This document shows, piece after piece, positions 1 to 13,400 of a stretch of 64,000 bases of DNA; the first letter of the stretch is position 1, and the number at the start of each line of letters is the position of its first letter. Below the pieces are notes generated by a model. It had not been told where the DNA came from and did no database searches. It saw only the letters and a program-made list of their open reading frames with translations. The DNA comes from Eledone cirrhosa (Eukaryota): contig OZ024740.1 of assembly GCA_964016885.1 (NCBI GenBank), positions 264,120,001 through 264,184,000 of the forward strand. The letters are read 5' to 3'. The position numbers and the translations under genes are program-made.

Positions 1-461
1 TTTCAATCCAACTGTGTGGCAAACTATCGAATGCTTTTTTCTAATCTATCCAAGCAATTGATAGATTGTTGTGTCTATTATGACAATCTTCCAGTATCAT
101 TTTGTTAAACAAAAGCTGATCCTTACAGCCATATGAGCCTCGTTTACACCCTTTCTGCTCATTGGGAAATAGGTCATTTGTTATCAGGTGGTCATATGTA
201 TATTCAGTTAGGAGTGATGTTAAAATGTTATACATTGTGGTCAAGCAAGTTATCGGTCTGTAATTTTTTGGATTGTTTGTCTCATCATTCTTCGGAAGCA
301 GGAATGTAATGCCGTTAACTAGCCATGATGGTATCTTTTCTGGCTCCTTAACTATTTCATTGTAAAGTTGGGCTAACAGCTCATGAGACTCTGTGAAGGC
401 ATTTATCCAAAAGTTTTGTATTTTGTCTTTTCCTGGGGATTTCCATTTGCTGGTTTTTCTT
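1..461 (-). mobile_element. 5'-truncated R4/Dong-type non-LTR retrotransposon fragment (RT region), continues off the left edge
   Basis: Near-identical to 22041-22501 (offset 22040). ORF 41-244 encodes EQKGCKRGSYGCKDQLL..SIAWID. Homology stops at ...tggtttttct where a (CTT)n tract starts. Confidence 0.92.
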
Positions 462-527
462 CTTCTTTTTCTTCTTCTGCTTCTTCTTCTTCTTCTTCTT
501 CTTCTTCTTCTTCTTCTTCTTCTTCTT

Positions 528-557
<30 letters not shown>
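458..557. repeat. (CTT)n/(GAA)n microsatellite followed by (ATT)n
   Basis: Direct reading. Confidence 0.97.
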
Positions 558-558
<1 letters not shown>

Positions 559-584
559 ATAATATTATTATTATTATTATTATT

Positions 585-709
585 GGTTCAAATCCCGCCG
601 AGTTTGACTTTGCCTTTCATCCTTACGGGGTCGATAAAATAAACTACCAGTAATGCACTGGGTAATTGCTGGCCTTGTGCCTAAAGAAGAAACAATTATT
701 ATTATTATT
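585..709 (+). mobile_element. 5'-truncated tRNA-derived SINE with (ATT)n tail
   Basis: GGTTCAAATCCC B-box, central GCCTTTCATCCTTACGGGGTCGATAAA (Meta/MESC-like domain), 3' GGCCTTGTGCC..GAAACAATTATT; same family as 31058-32323. Confidence 0.85.
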
Positions 710-893
710 GGTCTAAGCGGACGTATTTTGCTCGCTCAGAGTAAGTCGCTTTATTTGCATGTTAAAACTATTTGTTGTTAAATATTTCTTGTTGTGTAAG
801 GGATATAAGCCCTTAGAATTTGCCCTGTGAAGGGGAAAGTATAATATTTGAACTTTTTTTACATGTTAAACGATTTACGAAGACAAAAAAAAC

Positions 894-2795
894 ATGGCTG
901 AGCCACGCCTCCCAGCGATATGTCCGCTGTCGTGCGACAACGACGTAGAAGCTGAGAGGAGCGCTACAGCGAAATTAACACACGTTGATAACACAACCAC
1001 CACCACAATCAAGGCAAACAAAGACACCAATGATACCAATGAGAACTCTAATTTTGAAAAAAATGACAGCAACAGCGATAACGAAAATACAGATAACAAA
1101 AAAACAAAAAAACAAATACAACAACAATATCAACACCACTAACATGAAAACAAATAGCGACAACACCAACAGCAACAATACCAACTGCACCGAGAACAAC
1201 GGTGGCAACAAAGACAACAATGATAACAGCGACAGTGCTAACAACAACACCAACAAGAACAACGACAACAACACCCCCAATCAAAACAAGAAGAACACTT
1301 TCGCTTCGGCAGCAGCAAAAAAGGGGCCATGCTTCAACATGGACCTCTCAAACAAATATGTAAATTTGGCTCAGGCATGGAAGCTCATCTAGCAAGAGAA
1401 AACCTGGGTCAACTTAACTGTCCCGGTAGAAGCTATTGAGGCAGTGGAGCACAGAACGGTGCATTATAGATGCATCTCAGCACAAACCAAAATGGCAGTT
1501 TAATCCCACAAGAAGATGTCGATGTCGCGCTGAGGTGCATCAGAGAAGACACCCAGTACATAGAGAGGGGCAGACAGTACGGCACCATTTCGGTGTTGTT
1601 CAAGTCAGAAGCCCTCGCTATGAAACACGCTATGACTCCTTGCAAAACCAGCAAGGTCATAATGTACCCCTCCCACATGGGAAAAAGAACGGCCCGTCTC
1701 CGCATTCCCAGAATCCCACCAGGACTTGACATGTGGTGGCTTCTGGGATGTGTGATTTTGGAGGGGACGGATACCGTCCCTATAGAAGTGACCAGAACGG
1801 CCAGAGAGGACTGGTGCGGGGTTGACCTGGAGATCCTTCTCCAGATCAGGCCCGAGAATGTGAAGACAATCCCGGACAACTTCCGCCTTCAGAATGGGAA
1901 GGTCTTTCACATTATGACCGAAGGCAAAAGGCCGCAGTGTTTTGTTTGTGCGGAAAAATCCATTTGCTAGCCTTCTGCCCTCAATTGCTGAAAGAGGCAA
2001 GGGGTCGAAAGGCTCCACTGCTGCCGACGCCGGGGCGAGGACCACAACCAACACCAGCACCAGCAAAACCACCAACAATAACACCAATAGAAAGATCAGC
2101 ACCAACATTGACCACCCAGGGGGGAAACGAGGAAAGCTGTCAAATTACACACACCAATAAAACCATAAACATAATACAGACACACTTATAGACACTGACC
2201 CCTCATCTACCAGTAGTGAAAATAAGGGAAAACAAAAATCCCCCAAAATACAAAAAAGGAAACACAAAAAGAAAAAAAAAACACAACAAAGCACAAAAGC
2301 ACCCACAATAAAAAACGCAGACACCACCCACGCAAACATCTCTCCAATAACACCAACATCAACACCACCATCACCATCACCACAATCCCCCAAACGCAAA
2401 CAACTGAAACAGACGCAAGAACAAATATACACACAAACATCTGAAACCACAGACACCGTACCCACAACAAACACAGATACAACCGAAACAACACCACCAA
2501 AATCATCCCCACCACAGCCACGCAAACAAATAAAATCACACCAACAAAACATACAAAACTTCGTGCTCGTCAGGAGGGCCAACAAGGAACTGATGGCCCT
2601 CGTAGCACGAAGTGAAAATATACAAAAAGAGGGGGAAATTTTTAAATCGAGCACATTTCGCTTGCCGGAAGATTTGGTTCTTGTGCGAATGTTGCTCGAC
2701 ATATTCAAAGAAATACGAGACAGCTTTCAAAGGAAACCCCACCAACTATGGAGGTCGAACAACCCGACCTTCACAAGAGCCCGGAAGATAAGTAA
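894..2795 (+). pseudogene. Tx1 copy 1 ORF1 (gag-like nucleic-acid-binding protein), disrupted
   Basis: Asn/Thr-rich N-terminus, YGTISVLF..PSHMGKRT, EGKRPQCFVC; homologous to intact ORF1 at 14405; stops and frameshifts. Confidence 0.85.
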
Positions 2796-2826
2796 ACCTT
2801 CCTCTCTCGCTGTTTAACCTGCCAAC

Positions 2827-5800
2827 ATGGCCGTATTAAGAGTAGGATGTTTAAAAATTTGAGGCCTGGGATCGTCCTGGAAGCAGGGTCAGCAGCTCAA
2901 CGAGCTCAGGTCTATAGAAATGGATGTAATTGCAGTCAGCGAGACCAGGATTTCCGACACGCGCGCACTAGTCCCCATTTTCGACGACTATCAGATCTTT
3001 GCATCTGTTAGCCGGCCGGGAATGGGAGGCGGGGTGGCAGTGTTGTTTAGGAAAGACCTAGATCTCGAGGTAAGGTCGATCTTCCGGAGACCCGGACGGG
3101 AAGTTGGTGGTCCTGGACGTGAACAATAACGAAGGTGGTGCCTTTAGACTGGTGGCCGTCTATGCTCCTATTGGGGCAGGACGGCCGGACTTCTTTAGAC
3201 GCCTGGAAGCCTTTCTGGGTACATCTCGCCCTTTACTGTTAGCGGGGGACTGGAACGGCATCTTAGACGCACGCTGGGACTGTGTGGGGGTATCCGATAG
3301 GAGAGGGGGCTGCAAAAGTCTCAAGAACCTGATCAGCCAGTTCCAACTGTCTGACTGGTACCGACTAGATTTCCCTAATGCGCCAGTGTGGACCTGGGCT
3401 AACCGCATAGGGTCATTTAGATCGTATATAGACAGGGTATTCATTAGGAAAATAGACAGAAATAGTGTAAGCTGTCCACCTTTTGGAACGGTCGCCTATT
3501 CAGATCACAAGTTTGTGATCTGTATGGTCGACCTAGAAAAGACGCGTAGGTCTAAACATGTCATTTCCGGCACGTAATGCTTACAGGGACCAGGTCAACA
3601 ATATAGTTAAGAAAAAGTTGACAGGGGAGTCGTCAACAATAGATGGTAGGGGGTTCTCAAAAGAGAGATTAGAGTAATGTCGATAGAGTTTAGCAAAGAA
3701 GTAGCGTTAGAGAAAAATAGAGAGGAGGGGGAGTTGGTAGATAAGTTAGACGAGGCTATTGGAAGTGGCATTTCAACTGATGTGCTAGCGGCGAGAATGG
3801 CATTAGACCATTTCTTCAATGCGAAACACGAAGGTTGCATTGTCAGAGCTAAGGCGCGTGCTCTGAGAAACGAGGGAACCAAAGCTGTTCGATGGGTCCG
3901 TGTGGCAGAGGCGCAGCGTGGTAATAAAACCTGGATTCGGTCTTTGACGGACCGAGACGGGCACGAACTGAGCGATTCCGAGAGGATGTGTGAGGCCTTT
4001 CGCCAACATTTTCCTCGGTTGTTCGGGGGAGTGGCGGGTCAGAGATGGTGGTGGATTTCAGTCCCTACCTCGATGGCTTGCCGCAACTCTCGATGGCTGA
4101 CGCTGGGCGCTGCGAAAGGCAAATTACTTCAGCCGAGATTCAGGATGCCCTTGTTGGCTGCATGAGGCGCAAGTCACCCGGTTTGAATGGTCTGCCCTAC
4201 GAGCTTTACGTAAATATGTCAGACTTGTTCTCCAATCCCCTCGAAGCCCTCTACTGCAACTGGCAACAAAACGGGAGTATTCCCAGTTCAGTGAGCCGGG
4301 GCGTACTGACGCTGATAAGAAAAGACGAGAACAAGAGGGACACATTAGACACTTTCAAGGCCCATAACTCTACTCAACACAGAGTTTAAGATTTTGGCCA
4401 GTGTGTTAGCGAAGAGGTTGGCGCTTGTCGTCGGGGATTTGGTTGTGGAGGCGCAAACTTGCGCAATCCCAACCAGGTCTATACACGACAAGCTCCACCT
4501 AATGCGATACATCATAGAGAGGGTAGTGTGTAAATCTGGCTACGGTGGGGCTCGACCATCGGTACCTGGAGGCTGTCATCAAGGCAACTGGCTTCGGCCC
4601 CGTCTTCAGAAGCTGGATCGCTGCAATGCACAGCGGCACCTGCTCGATGGTCAAAATTAATGGCCACCTCTCGGAACCGTTTCAGGTCTCCCGATCGGTC
4701 CGTCAAGGGTGCCCTCTCTCCTCCCATCTGTACGTATTGACTCTCGAGCCTTTACTGCGGAAGCTGGAGCTGTTGAAGAGCATTTCGCTCGAACCGGGAC
4801 GCGGAAAGTCTGTGTCGGCTTATGCAGACGACGTCGCCGTGGTGGTGTAGAACACCTCAGAAATCGAGGTGGTCGGCAAATTATTGAAGGAATATGAAAG
4901 GTTGACGGGAGCAAACTTAACCCGGAAAAGTCAGTGGGCTTGCAACTCGGCACCTGGAGAGGCAAGTCCATGCAGTCCAACAGCGCTGGACGGACGGACC
5001 GGTAAAGTTGCTAGGGGTTTGGTTCGGGCCAGACTTCCAGGTGTATAAGAATTGGGACGAGGTAACGGGCAGGGTAGCCAGTCTCACCCAGAAATGGGCT
5101 GGGTTTAAGCCATCACTGAAATGTCGGGCGGAGGTGGCGAACGCGTACATCGCGTCCGTCATCTACTACCGTCTGACTGTCCTCCCTTTCCCCCGTTCGC
5201 GCCTCGCCATCTTGGAGCGGCTCCTCTTCAAATTCTTGTGGAGGGGTCAGGTTACGCTTGTGAGGCGGTCCATCTGCTGCCAGCACCCTCTACGTGGAGG
5301 GCTGGTCATGACGTGGCTAATGATGCGCAGGGACGCGCTGAGGCTGCGGCATATCCAGATATTCTGCCTAAACGGTGAACAGTTGTGGTCGCCGTTTGTC
5401 AGACGGGCCTTTCCGCAGCTCGTTTCTTTGACTGAGCTGCAGTCCTGGGTCAAGAAGAGACCGAGACTGGGTGACTGGCATCTGGAATGTTTCCAGGCAC
5501 TCACTGCCCTATACCAGGCCGGCAATGAGGTCAGTGGAATTTCCATTCTCGAGTTCTATAGAGGATTAGTGGTGGGAAAGTTCGACGACGCACTTGTTGT
5601 TCGGAGAGTGGCGAGTCAGAGAGAGTATCGAATTTCAGTCCCTACCTTGACGGCTTGCCGCGTATCTCGGCGGTCGACTCTGAGCGCTGCTAAAGGCCGA
5701 TTATTTCAGTCGAAATTCAGGACGCCCTTGTCGGCTGCATGAGGCGCAAGTCACCCGGTTTGGATGGCCTGCCCTACGATCTTTACGTAAATATGCGAGA

Positions 5801-7796
5801 CTTGTTCTCCGAACTTCTCGAAGCACTCTACTGAAACTGGCAGCAGAATGGTAGTATTCTCAGTTCTGTGAGCAGGGGAGTGGTGACGCTGATAAGGAAA
5901 GACGAGAACAAGAGGGATACATTAGACAACTTCAGGCCCATAACTCTGCTCAAGTTTAAGATTTTGGCCAAGGTGTTAGCAAAGAGATTGGCGCTTGTCG
6001 TCGAGGATTTGGTTGGCGAGGCGCAAACTTGCGCAATACCAGCCAGGTCCATACACAACAATCTCCACCTCATGCGATACATCATAGAGAGGGTAGTGTG
6101 TAAATCTGGCTTCGGTGGGGCACTGATCAATTTAGATCAATCGAAAGCATTCGATAGGGTCGAACATCGGTATCTGGAGTTTGTCCTCAAAGCAGCTGGC
6201 TTCGGCCCTGTCTTTAGAAGCTGGATCGCTGAAATGCACAGCGGCTCACGCTCGGTGGTCAAGGTCAATGGCCACCTCTCGGAACCATTTCGGCTCTCCC
6301 GATTGGTCCGTCAAGGGTGCCCCCTCTCTTCCCTTCTGTACGTATTGACTCTCGAGCCTTTACTGCGGAAGCTGGAGCTGTTGCAGGGCATCCCGCTCGA
6401 ACCGGGACGCGGAAAGGCAGTGTCGGCTTAAGCGGACGACATCACCGTCATGGTGTCGAACACCTCAGAAATCGAGGTGGTCGGCACCTTATTGAAGGAA
6501 TATGAAAGGTTGACAGGAGCCAAACTTAACCCGGAAAAGTCGGTGGGCTTGCTGCTCGGAACCTGGAGAGGCAAGCCCATGTCGTCCAACAGCGTCGTGG
6601 GGCTCTGGACGGACGGACCGGTAAAGTTGCTCGGAGTTTGGTTCGGACCAGACCTCCAGGTGGAAAAGAATTGGGACGAGGTAACGAGCAGAGTAGCCTG
6701 TCTCACCCAGAAATGGGCTGGGAGGAAGCTATCACTGAAAGGTCGCGCGGAGGTGGCGAATGCGTACATCGCGTCCGTCATCTAATACTGCCTGACCGTC
6801 GACTTGCCCCCGACCGCGCCTCATCAAGTTGGAACGGCTCCTCTTCAAATTCTTGTGGATGGGGACAAGTTCCGTTGGTGAGGCGGTCCATCTGTGTCAG
6901 CACCCTCTACGCGGAGGGCTGGGCATGCCGTGGCGAATGTGGCGCAGACATGCGTTGAGGCTGCGACATCTCCAGATATTCTGCCTCAACGGTGAACAGG
7001 TGTGGTCGCCGTTTATCAGACGGGCCTTTCCGCAGCTCATTTCTTTGACTGAGCTGCAGTCCAGGGTCAAGAAGAGGCCGAGACTGGGTGACTGGCACCT
7101 GGAATGTTAGCAGGACTCACTGCCCTCTACCAAGCGGGCAATGCGATCAGTGGAACTTCCACTCTCGAGTTCTATAGAGGATTAGTGGTGGGCACGTGCG
7201 ATGACGCACTCGGAGAAGCTTTGGGCCTCGAAGAAGTCGAACTGACCAGTCTGTACCGGAGGACTTTTGAGCCGGGGACGATGGACAATTTCCAGAAATC
7301 CCTCGTTTGGCAGTGCTACCGGGGTGCACTGCCGGTTCGGGATAAATTCTACAGGCACGGAAGTGCTGTCAGACGGACCTGCCCAAGATGCGCACAGAAC
7401 GACGAAACCGTTCTGCACGCACTTGTCCAATGTCCGTGCATTGCTGACTTGTGGAGATGTGTCGAACAGCTACTGTTGCGTGTAGAACGAATCCGGCTAT
7501 CGGCCGAGTCCAAAGTGAAGATCGATCCACCGCCTTCCTTAGGTCAGGAAGAGCAGGACATTTTCCTCTATCTGGTGGCAGTTGCAAAAGAGGTTTTATG
7601 GTGGACCAGGTTAAAAGGACTGAAGACAGACACTTTTCTCTTCGGCCAATCCCTCATCAACTTCTTCAAGTTTCACCTGGAAAGGAAGGTGAGGGTGGAG
7701 AGAGAAGTGCTGCCCCCCAGTACATTTGCTAAAAGGTGGGTGAATGTGGCGAGAATGGCTCGTGTGAATGGGCCTACTCTGACCATGCGCCTATAG
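2827..7796 (+). pseudogene. Tx1 copy 1 ORF2 (APE endonuclease-RT-zinc finger), disrupted
   Basis: ORF fragments 2920, 3104, 3677, 4045, 4545, 5008, 5868, 6450, 6829 and 7104 are collinear with ORF2 of copies 2 and 3. Confidence 0.9.
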
Positions 7797-8310
7797 GCTA
7801 GCTAACTTGAGGAGAGGGGTGCTATCCCTGGGTTCCCCAGAAGCGCAGGGTGGTTCAGGATTGGTGGGGTACCCGAGTCACCCCAGGGTCGTCCACCCCT
7901 ATCGGGGAATTTATCTTGTTATTTTTATGCATATTTTATTTTATATTTTTATATTTTCATTGTTAAAATAGTCTTGCCATTGTGCACTTTTACTCGACCT
8001 CATTGTAAACCCCCACTGTCCCTGTCTTTGTATAGTCCCCTACATGTCGGCCCTTGTGGCTAATAAATTAAATCATTATTATTATTATTATTATTGTTGG
8101 TGAAGCCACGCTTCTTATCGCCTCCAGTCTTTTTCAACGTTTTACCTCTTTTTCAACCGTTCTAAACCTTTTATTCAAGTTTTAAATTTGCTAAAAGTTT
8201 AGAAGAAGTGACCCACCTAATACAGGGGTTCACTTGTAAATAATACGGCACCCCTTTACGGGGTGTCGTATTCGTATTTGTGTAAAAATATTTTTTTGAA
8301 ATATGTCATC

Positions 8311-10420
8311 ATGGATAACACAAGAAAGAGAGAGAGCGCTGTCAGACAACACAGAGAGAGGGAGACTTTATCAGCATGTCAACAAGACAGCGTTCCAGCG
8401 GAGGTAAATATAAACGAAAATATTATAAAGGAAAAAAAGATTGTTACAGATTTAAAATTACCAAATATTTCTAACACAAACAACACCAACAATAACACCA
8501 ACAACATCACCAAAAACAACACCAAAATTAACAGCGGTAAAATCGAAAACGACAATAACAAAAGTTACAGCGGTAAGGTCGAGAACGACAATAACAAAAA
8601 TAACAGCGGTAAGGTCGAGAACGACAATAACAAAATTAACAGCGGTAAGGTCGAGAACGACAATAACAAAAATAACAGCGGTAAGGTCGAGAACGACAAT
8701 AACAATGACAATAACAACAGCCACAACAACAATAATAGTAGGAACAGTATCAACAAAAACAACAATAATAACAACAGCCACAATAACAGTAACAGCAGCA
8801 ACACTATCAACGAATACAACACCAACAACTGTACCAGCGAAAAGAACAACAATGACACCGATACCTGTAATAGCGACCTCAGCACCACCAGTAAGACCAG
8901 TAGCGGCAGCAATAGTGGTGCTGCTGAAAAAGGGACCCCTTTTTTTGTAGGTGTCGCCCGAAATATCGAGACAGTGTTAGTCACAGAGGAGGAGATGGCA
9001 GTCGCAAGGGCAATGGTGACAAGAAGCGCAAATAGCGTTTCCCTGAAACCTCCACCCGATTTTTTCAAGGACCGGCAGCTACGGACGGTGACTTACCGCA
9101 CCGTAAGCAAAATCTAACATCGAGTGGAGAGAGCCACGGATGCTCAAATCAAAAAGGCCTTGGGGTGCGTCTGGGCACGAAAAACCCATATCACCCGAGG
9201 CAGAAAGTACGCCACAGTAGACGTACTTTTCGCCACCCCCAGGAAGCAAAGTCTCACTCTTTGGAAACCCTAAAGAGTTAGGAGTTAGTCTTGGTGCCCT
9301 CCTACTGCGGGCAGAAAATTGTGAGGGTCAAAGTGACCCAGGTCTATCCCGACGTGCCCATACCTTGGCTGGCCGCGTCTGTTCTTGCTGGAATTGAGAA
9401 CAGGGCGACCATGCTGCAAGTAGAAAAAATACGGAGACAGGACTGGTCAGGTATAGGCATGCAAATGCTTATACAAACTGACCAGGAATGTATCGAGGCT
9501 ATCCCCGATATCATAGACTTTGAGGAAGACTCCAACTCCCTATAAGTGTAGAAGTAAGACGGCCAAAATCTTATTTCTGTGGGTCGAAAGGTCCCGTCAG
9601 GGCCTTTTGCCCGCAGAAGACACCGAAGAGGGACACTCTCCTTCCAATACCTGGTCCGCTGCTACCAAGAGCAGGACAGGCAACATACGAAGAAGCCCCT
9701 TCCACGGTGAGTAGGAGGGCAACGTCCGTAGCACCCGTACCAAGGCCACGGATAACTAAAGCAGCATCATCAGCAGCGGCAACACCAATAGCTACATTTG
9801 AAATAGCTACACCAGCAACACAATTGCCGAAGAGGGCTCCACTACCACTACCAACAGCCGTGGAGCACATACCCCTCCCAGACGCCACAGAATCCGACAT
9901 GGAGTTTGAGGCGGGAGTGACGTGGCAAACAGTCTGACACAAAAAAAAACAAAAAACAAAAAAAACCTTAGATTCACCCTCCAAAAGCGAAGGCATACAA
10001 AGAGGGGTAAAGGCAGCAAAGAAACTTGCAGCAACACCACCACAAACAACAAGAACGCAAACACAAGACACACTCACAAAACAGCAACAAGAAGAAAACG
10101 GCAACAAAATCACCCCTCCTCCAAAAAAGTACACAGCCATAAACATAGCAAAAAAAGAACTCATAAAATATATAAAGCAGCACACAGAGATCACGGAAAA
10201 AACTACTAGACCCAACCAACACCAAGAACTCTCCCGACAAACATAAGCATCATCGAAATCTCAATAGAACAGTACAAACCTTTAAAACAAAAATTCCCCA
10301 ACGCAGTTGGAGACTTCAGGGGGAAGGTTACCAAGAGGATATACATTGACATCCTCTTGGAAACACCCATGACCAGCGAAAGGGATGGTTCTACTGTCCC
10401 TTCACCACACGAACAAGGTA
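8311..10420 (+). pseudogene. Tx1 copy 2 ORF1, disrupted
   Basis: RQLRTVTYRTV, VPSYCGQK, RIYIDIL motifs homologous to ORF1 at 14405; stops and frameshifts. Confidence 0.85.
8527..8705 (+). repeat. 36-bp in-frame tandem repeat (~5 copies, NSGKVENDNNKN) in ORF1
   Basis: Repeated AACAGCGGTAAGGTCGAGAACGACAATAACAAA. Confidence 0.9.
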
Positions 10421-10456
10421 ATGATCCTTTCTCATTTGCCCCGTTTCTCATCCAAC

Positions 10457-13400
10457 ATGGCTGTACTCATAATAGGCAGTATAAATGCACGTGGCTTGGG
10501 GTCATCTTGGAAGCAGGGTCACCTGCTCAATGACCTCAGGTCACTAAACATAGATGTGGTGGCCATCAGTGAAACCAGAATCTCCGAGGCACGGGACTTC
10601 GCGTCGATCTTCAGCGGCTACGATGTATACGCATCTCCCAGCCGTCCAGGATCGGGGGGAGGGGTTGACGTCCTTTTTCCGAGAGGCTTGGATCTCGCGA
10701 TACGGGCCATCTTCCTGGACCCAGAAGGTAAGTCGGTGGTGCTGGACGTGACCGGCAGCGAAGGCAATGTTTTCAGGCTAGTAGCCGTCTACGCCCCAAC
10801 AGGGGCAGGACGGCCAGATTTCTTCAGACGTCTAGAGACCTTTCCTGGAACGTCCCGCTCTTTAGTGTTAGTGGGCGACTGGAACGGTATCTTGGATGCA
10901 CGCTGGGATCGTGTGGGGCTAGTGGATAGGGGAGGAGGGTGCAAGAGCCTCACCAACCTGCTCAGACGTTTTGAACTGTCTCACAGGTATCGACTGGATC
11001 ACCCGAATGTGCCAATGTGGACATGGACAAACCGCGTCGGGTCATCCAGATCGTATCTAGATAGGGTATTCTGCAGGGAACTAGATAAGGTAAGTATAAG
11101 TTGTCCACAATTTAAAATAGTCGACTACACAGACCACAAATTTGTGATCTGTGAGATCGACATAGACAGACTTCATAGACAAGGGCCTGGTTACTGGAAG
11201 CTGAACGCGTTTTTACCGGCGCGCAAGGCCTACAGAGACCGGATTAGCGTATTAGTTAAGCGGGCGTTGACGGGAGCGGTCGTCAACAACAGGTGGTGGT
11301 TCGCCCTGAAAAGGGCAATTAAAGTAGAGTCGATTAGGTTTAGCAAAGGAGTAGTGATAGAGGAAAATAGAGTAGAGGGAGAGCTAGTCAGAAAGCTAGA
11401 AGAGGCGTTAAGGACAGGCATCGCAACCGACGTGCTTGCGGCGAGATTGGCACTCGACCAATTCTTCAACGCAAAACACGAAGGCTGCGTTGTCAGAGCT
11501 AGAGCGCGTGCTCTGAAACACGAGGAGACAAAAGCCGTCCAATGGGCCCGGGTGGCAGAGGGGCGACGTGGAAATAAAGCCACAATTCGGTCTTTGTCTG
11601 ACCAAAACGGGTGCGTGATGCTCAAACCCGAGCGGATGTGTGAAGCTTTTCAGCAGCACTTTGCGGAACTTTTCGGGAGCGGTGGCGGCCCGTATCGGGA
11701 CATGGACTTCAGTGCATACCTGGACGGACTTCCTCGGCTCTTGACGACCGCAACACAGTGTTGCGAAAAGCCAATAACAGCCGGTGAAATACGGGAAGCG
11801 ATGGCTAACTGCACAAGAGGTAAATCACCAGGTTTAGATGATCTGCCCTACGAGCTTTATGCATTTATGCCAGACTTGTTCGGTGACCTCTTGGCAGACG
11901 TCTACTGCAACTGGCAGCAGAACGGGAGCATTCCCAGTTTTGTGAGCCGGTTTGTAGTGGCGCTGCTGAGAAAAGACCCGAACAAGGGGGATGTTATTGA
12001 TAATTTCAGGCCCATAACTCTACTAAACGCAGAGTTCAAGATTTTGACCAAAGTGTTAGCAACGAGGTTGGCGCTTGTCGTCAAGGGTCTGGTGGGATAG
12101 GCGCAGACATGTGCCATTCCGGACAGATACATACACGACAACCTCCACCTCATGCGATACATCATAGAGAGGGTGGTTAAGGAACCTGGCAAGGGTGGGG
12201 CCCTGATCAACTTGGATCAATCCAAAGCATTCGATAGGGTCGACCATCGGTACCTGGCGACGGTCCTCGAGGCAGCCGGTTTCGGGCCCGTTTTTGGGAG
12301 TTGGATCGCAGCAATGTACAGCGACATCTGCTCAGTTGTGAGGGTGAACGGTCACCTGTCGCAGCCGTTCAGCATCATGCGCTCAGTCCGCCAGGGTTGT
12401 CCCCTCTCGTCCCTCTTGTACGTATTGGCTCACGAGCCGTTACTGCACAAACTGGGGGCGATGATGGGCGTCCCACGCAAACAAGGATGCGAGAAATCCG
12501 TGTCGGCTTACGCTGACCACTTCACCGTGGTGGTGTCGAGCACCAGACACGTCCAGATGCTCGGCACCGCTCTCAAGGAATACGAAACGGTGACAGGAGC
12601 AAAGATAAACCAGGAAAAGTCGGTGGGCTTGCAGCTAGGCACCTGGAGAGGCAAGTCCATGCCGTCCGACAGCGTCGTGAGGCGTTGGACCGACGGACCG
12701 GTTAAATTGCTCGGGGTCTGGTTCGGACGGGACCTCCAGATGGAGGAAAACTGGAACGAGGTGACGAGAAAGGTGGCCTCCCTCACCCAAAAATGGGCTG
12801 AGAGGAAGCTGTCCCTGAAAGGCCGGGCGGAAGTGGCGAATGCTTACATCGCATCCGTCATCTGCTACCGCCTCACCGTCGTCCCTTGCTCCAGCCCAAC
12901 TCTCACCAAAATGGAGCGCCTCCACTTCCGCTTTTTGTGGAAAGGACGCGCTCCCATCGTCAGACGATCCATCTGCTGTCAACAGCCGTTGCGTGGAGGA
13001 CTGGGCATGCCATGGCTGATGATGCGCAAACATGCGCTGAGGCTGCGACATCTCTGGTGCTTCCTTGATGGTGAACGAGTGTGGTCGCCGTTCGCCAGGC
13101 ACATTTTCCCACAGCTCGTCTCCTTGACGGAGCTGCAGTCCTGGGTCAACAAAAGACCGAGGGATAGCGCTTGGAAACTGGAATGTCTCCAGGCGCTCAC
13201 TGCCCACTCCCAGTTGGGCACCAGTATCTGTGGAAGATCCACCTCGGCATTCTATAGAGGACTAGTGGAGGGGAAGAACGACGACGTTCTCGGAGAGATC
13301 CTGGGCATCGAAGAAGATCAGCTGCTTGCTCTCTTCCGGAGAACTTTCAGCCCGGGGCCTAAGGATAATTACCAAAAATCCCTGGCCTGGCAGTGCTACC

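Larger units (their letters stand above)
710..8074 (+). mobile_element. Tx1/L1-clade LINE copy 1, full length, decayed, with internal ~1.6-kb RT duplication
   Basis: Fragmented ORF1 with CCHC knuckle region; APE endonuclease (VIAVSETR, GDWN, SDHKFV); two RT blocks (VRQGCPLS..YADD); C-terminal CPRC..H..C; AATAAA then (ATT)n. Confidence 0.93.
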
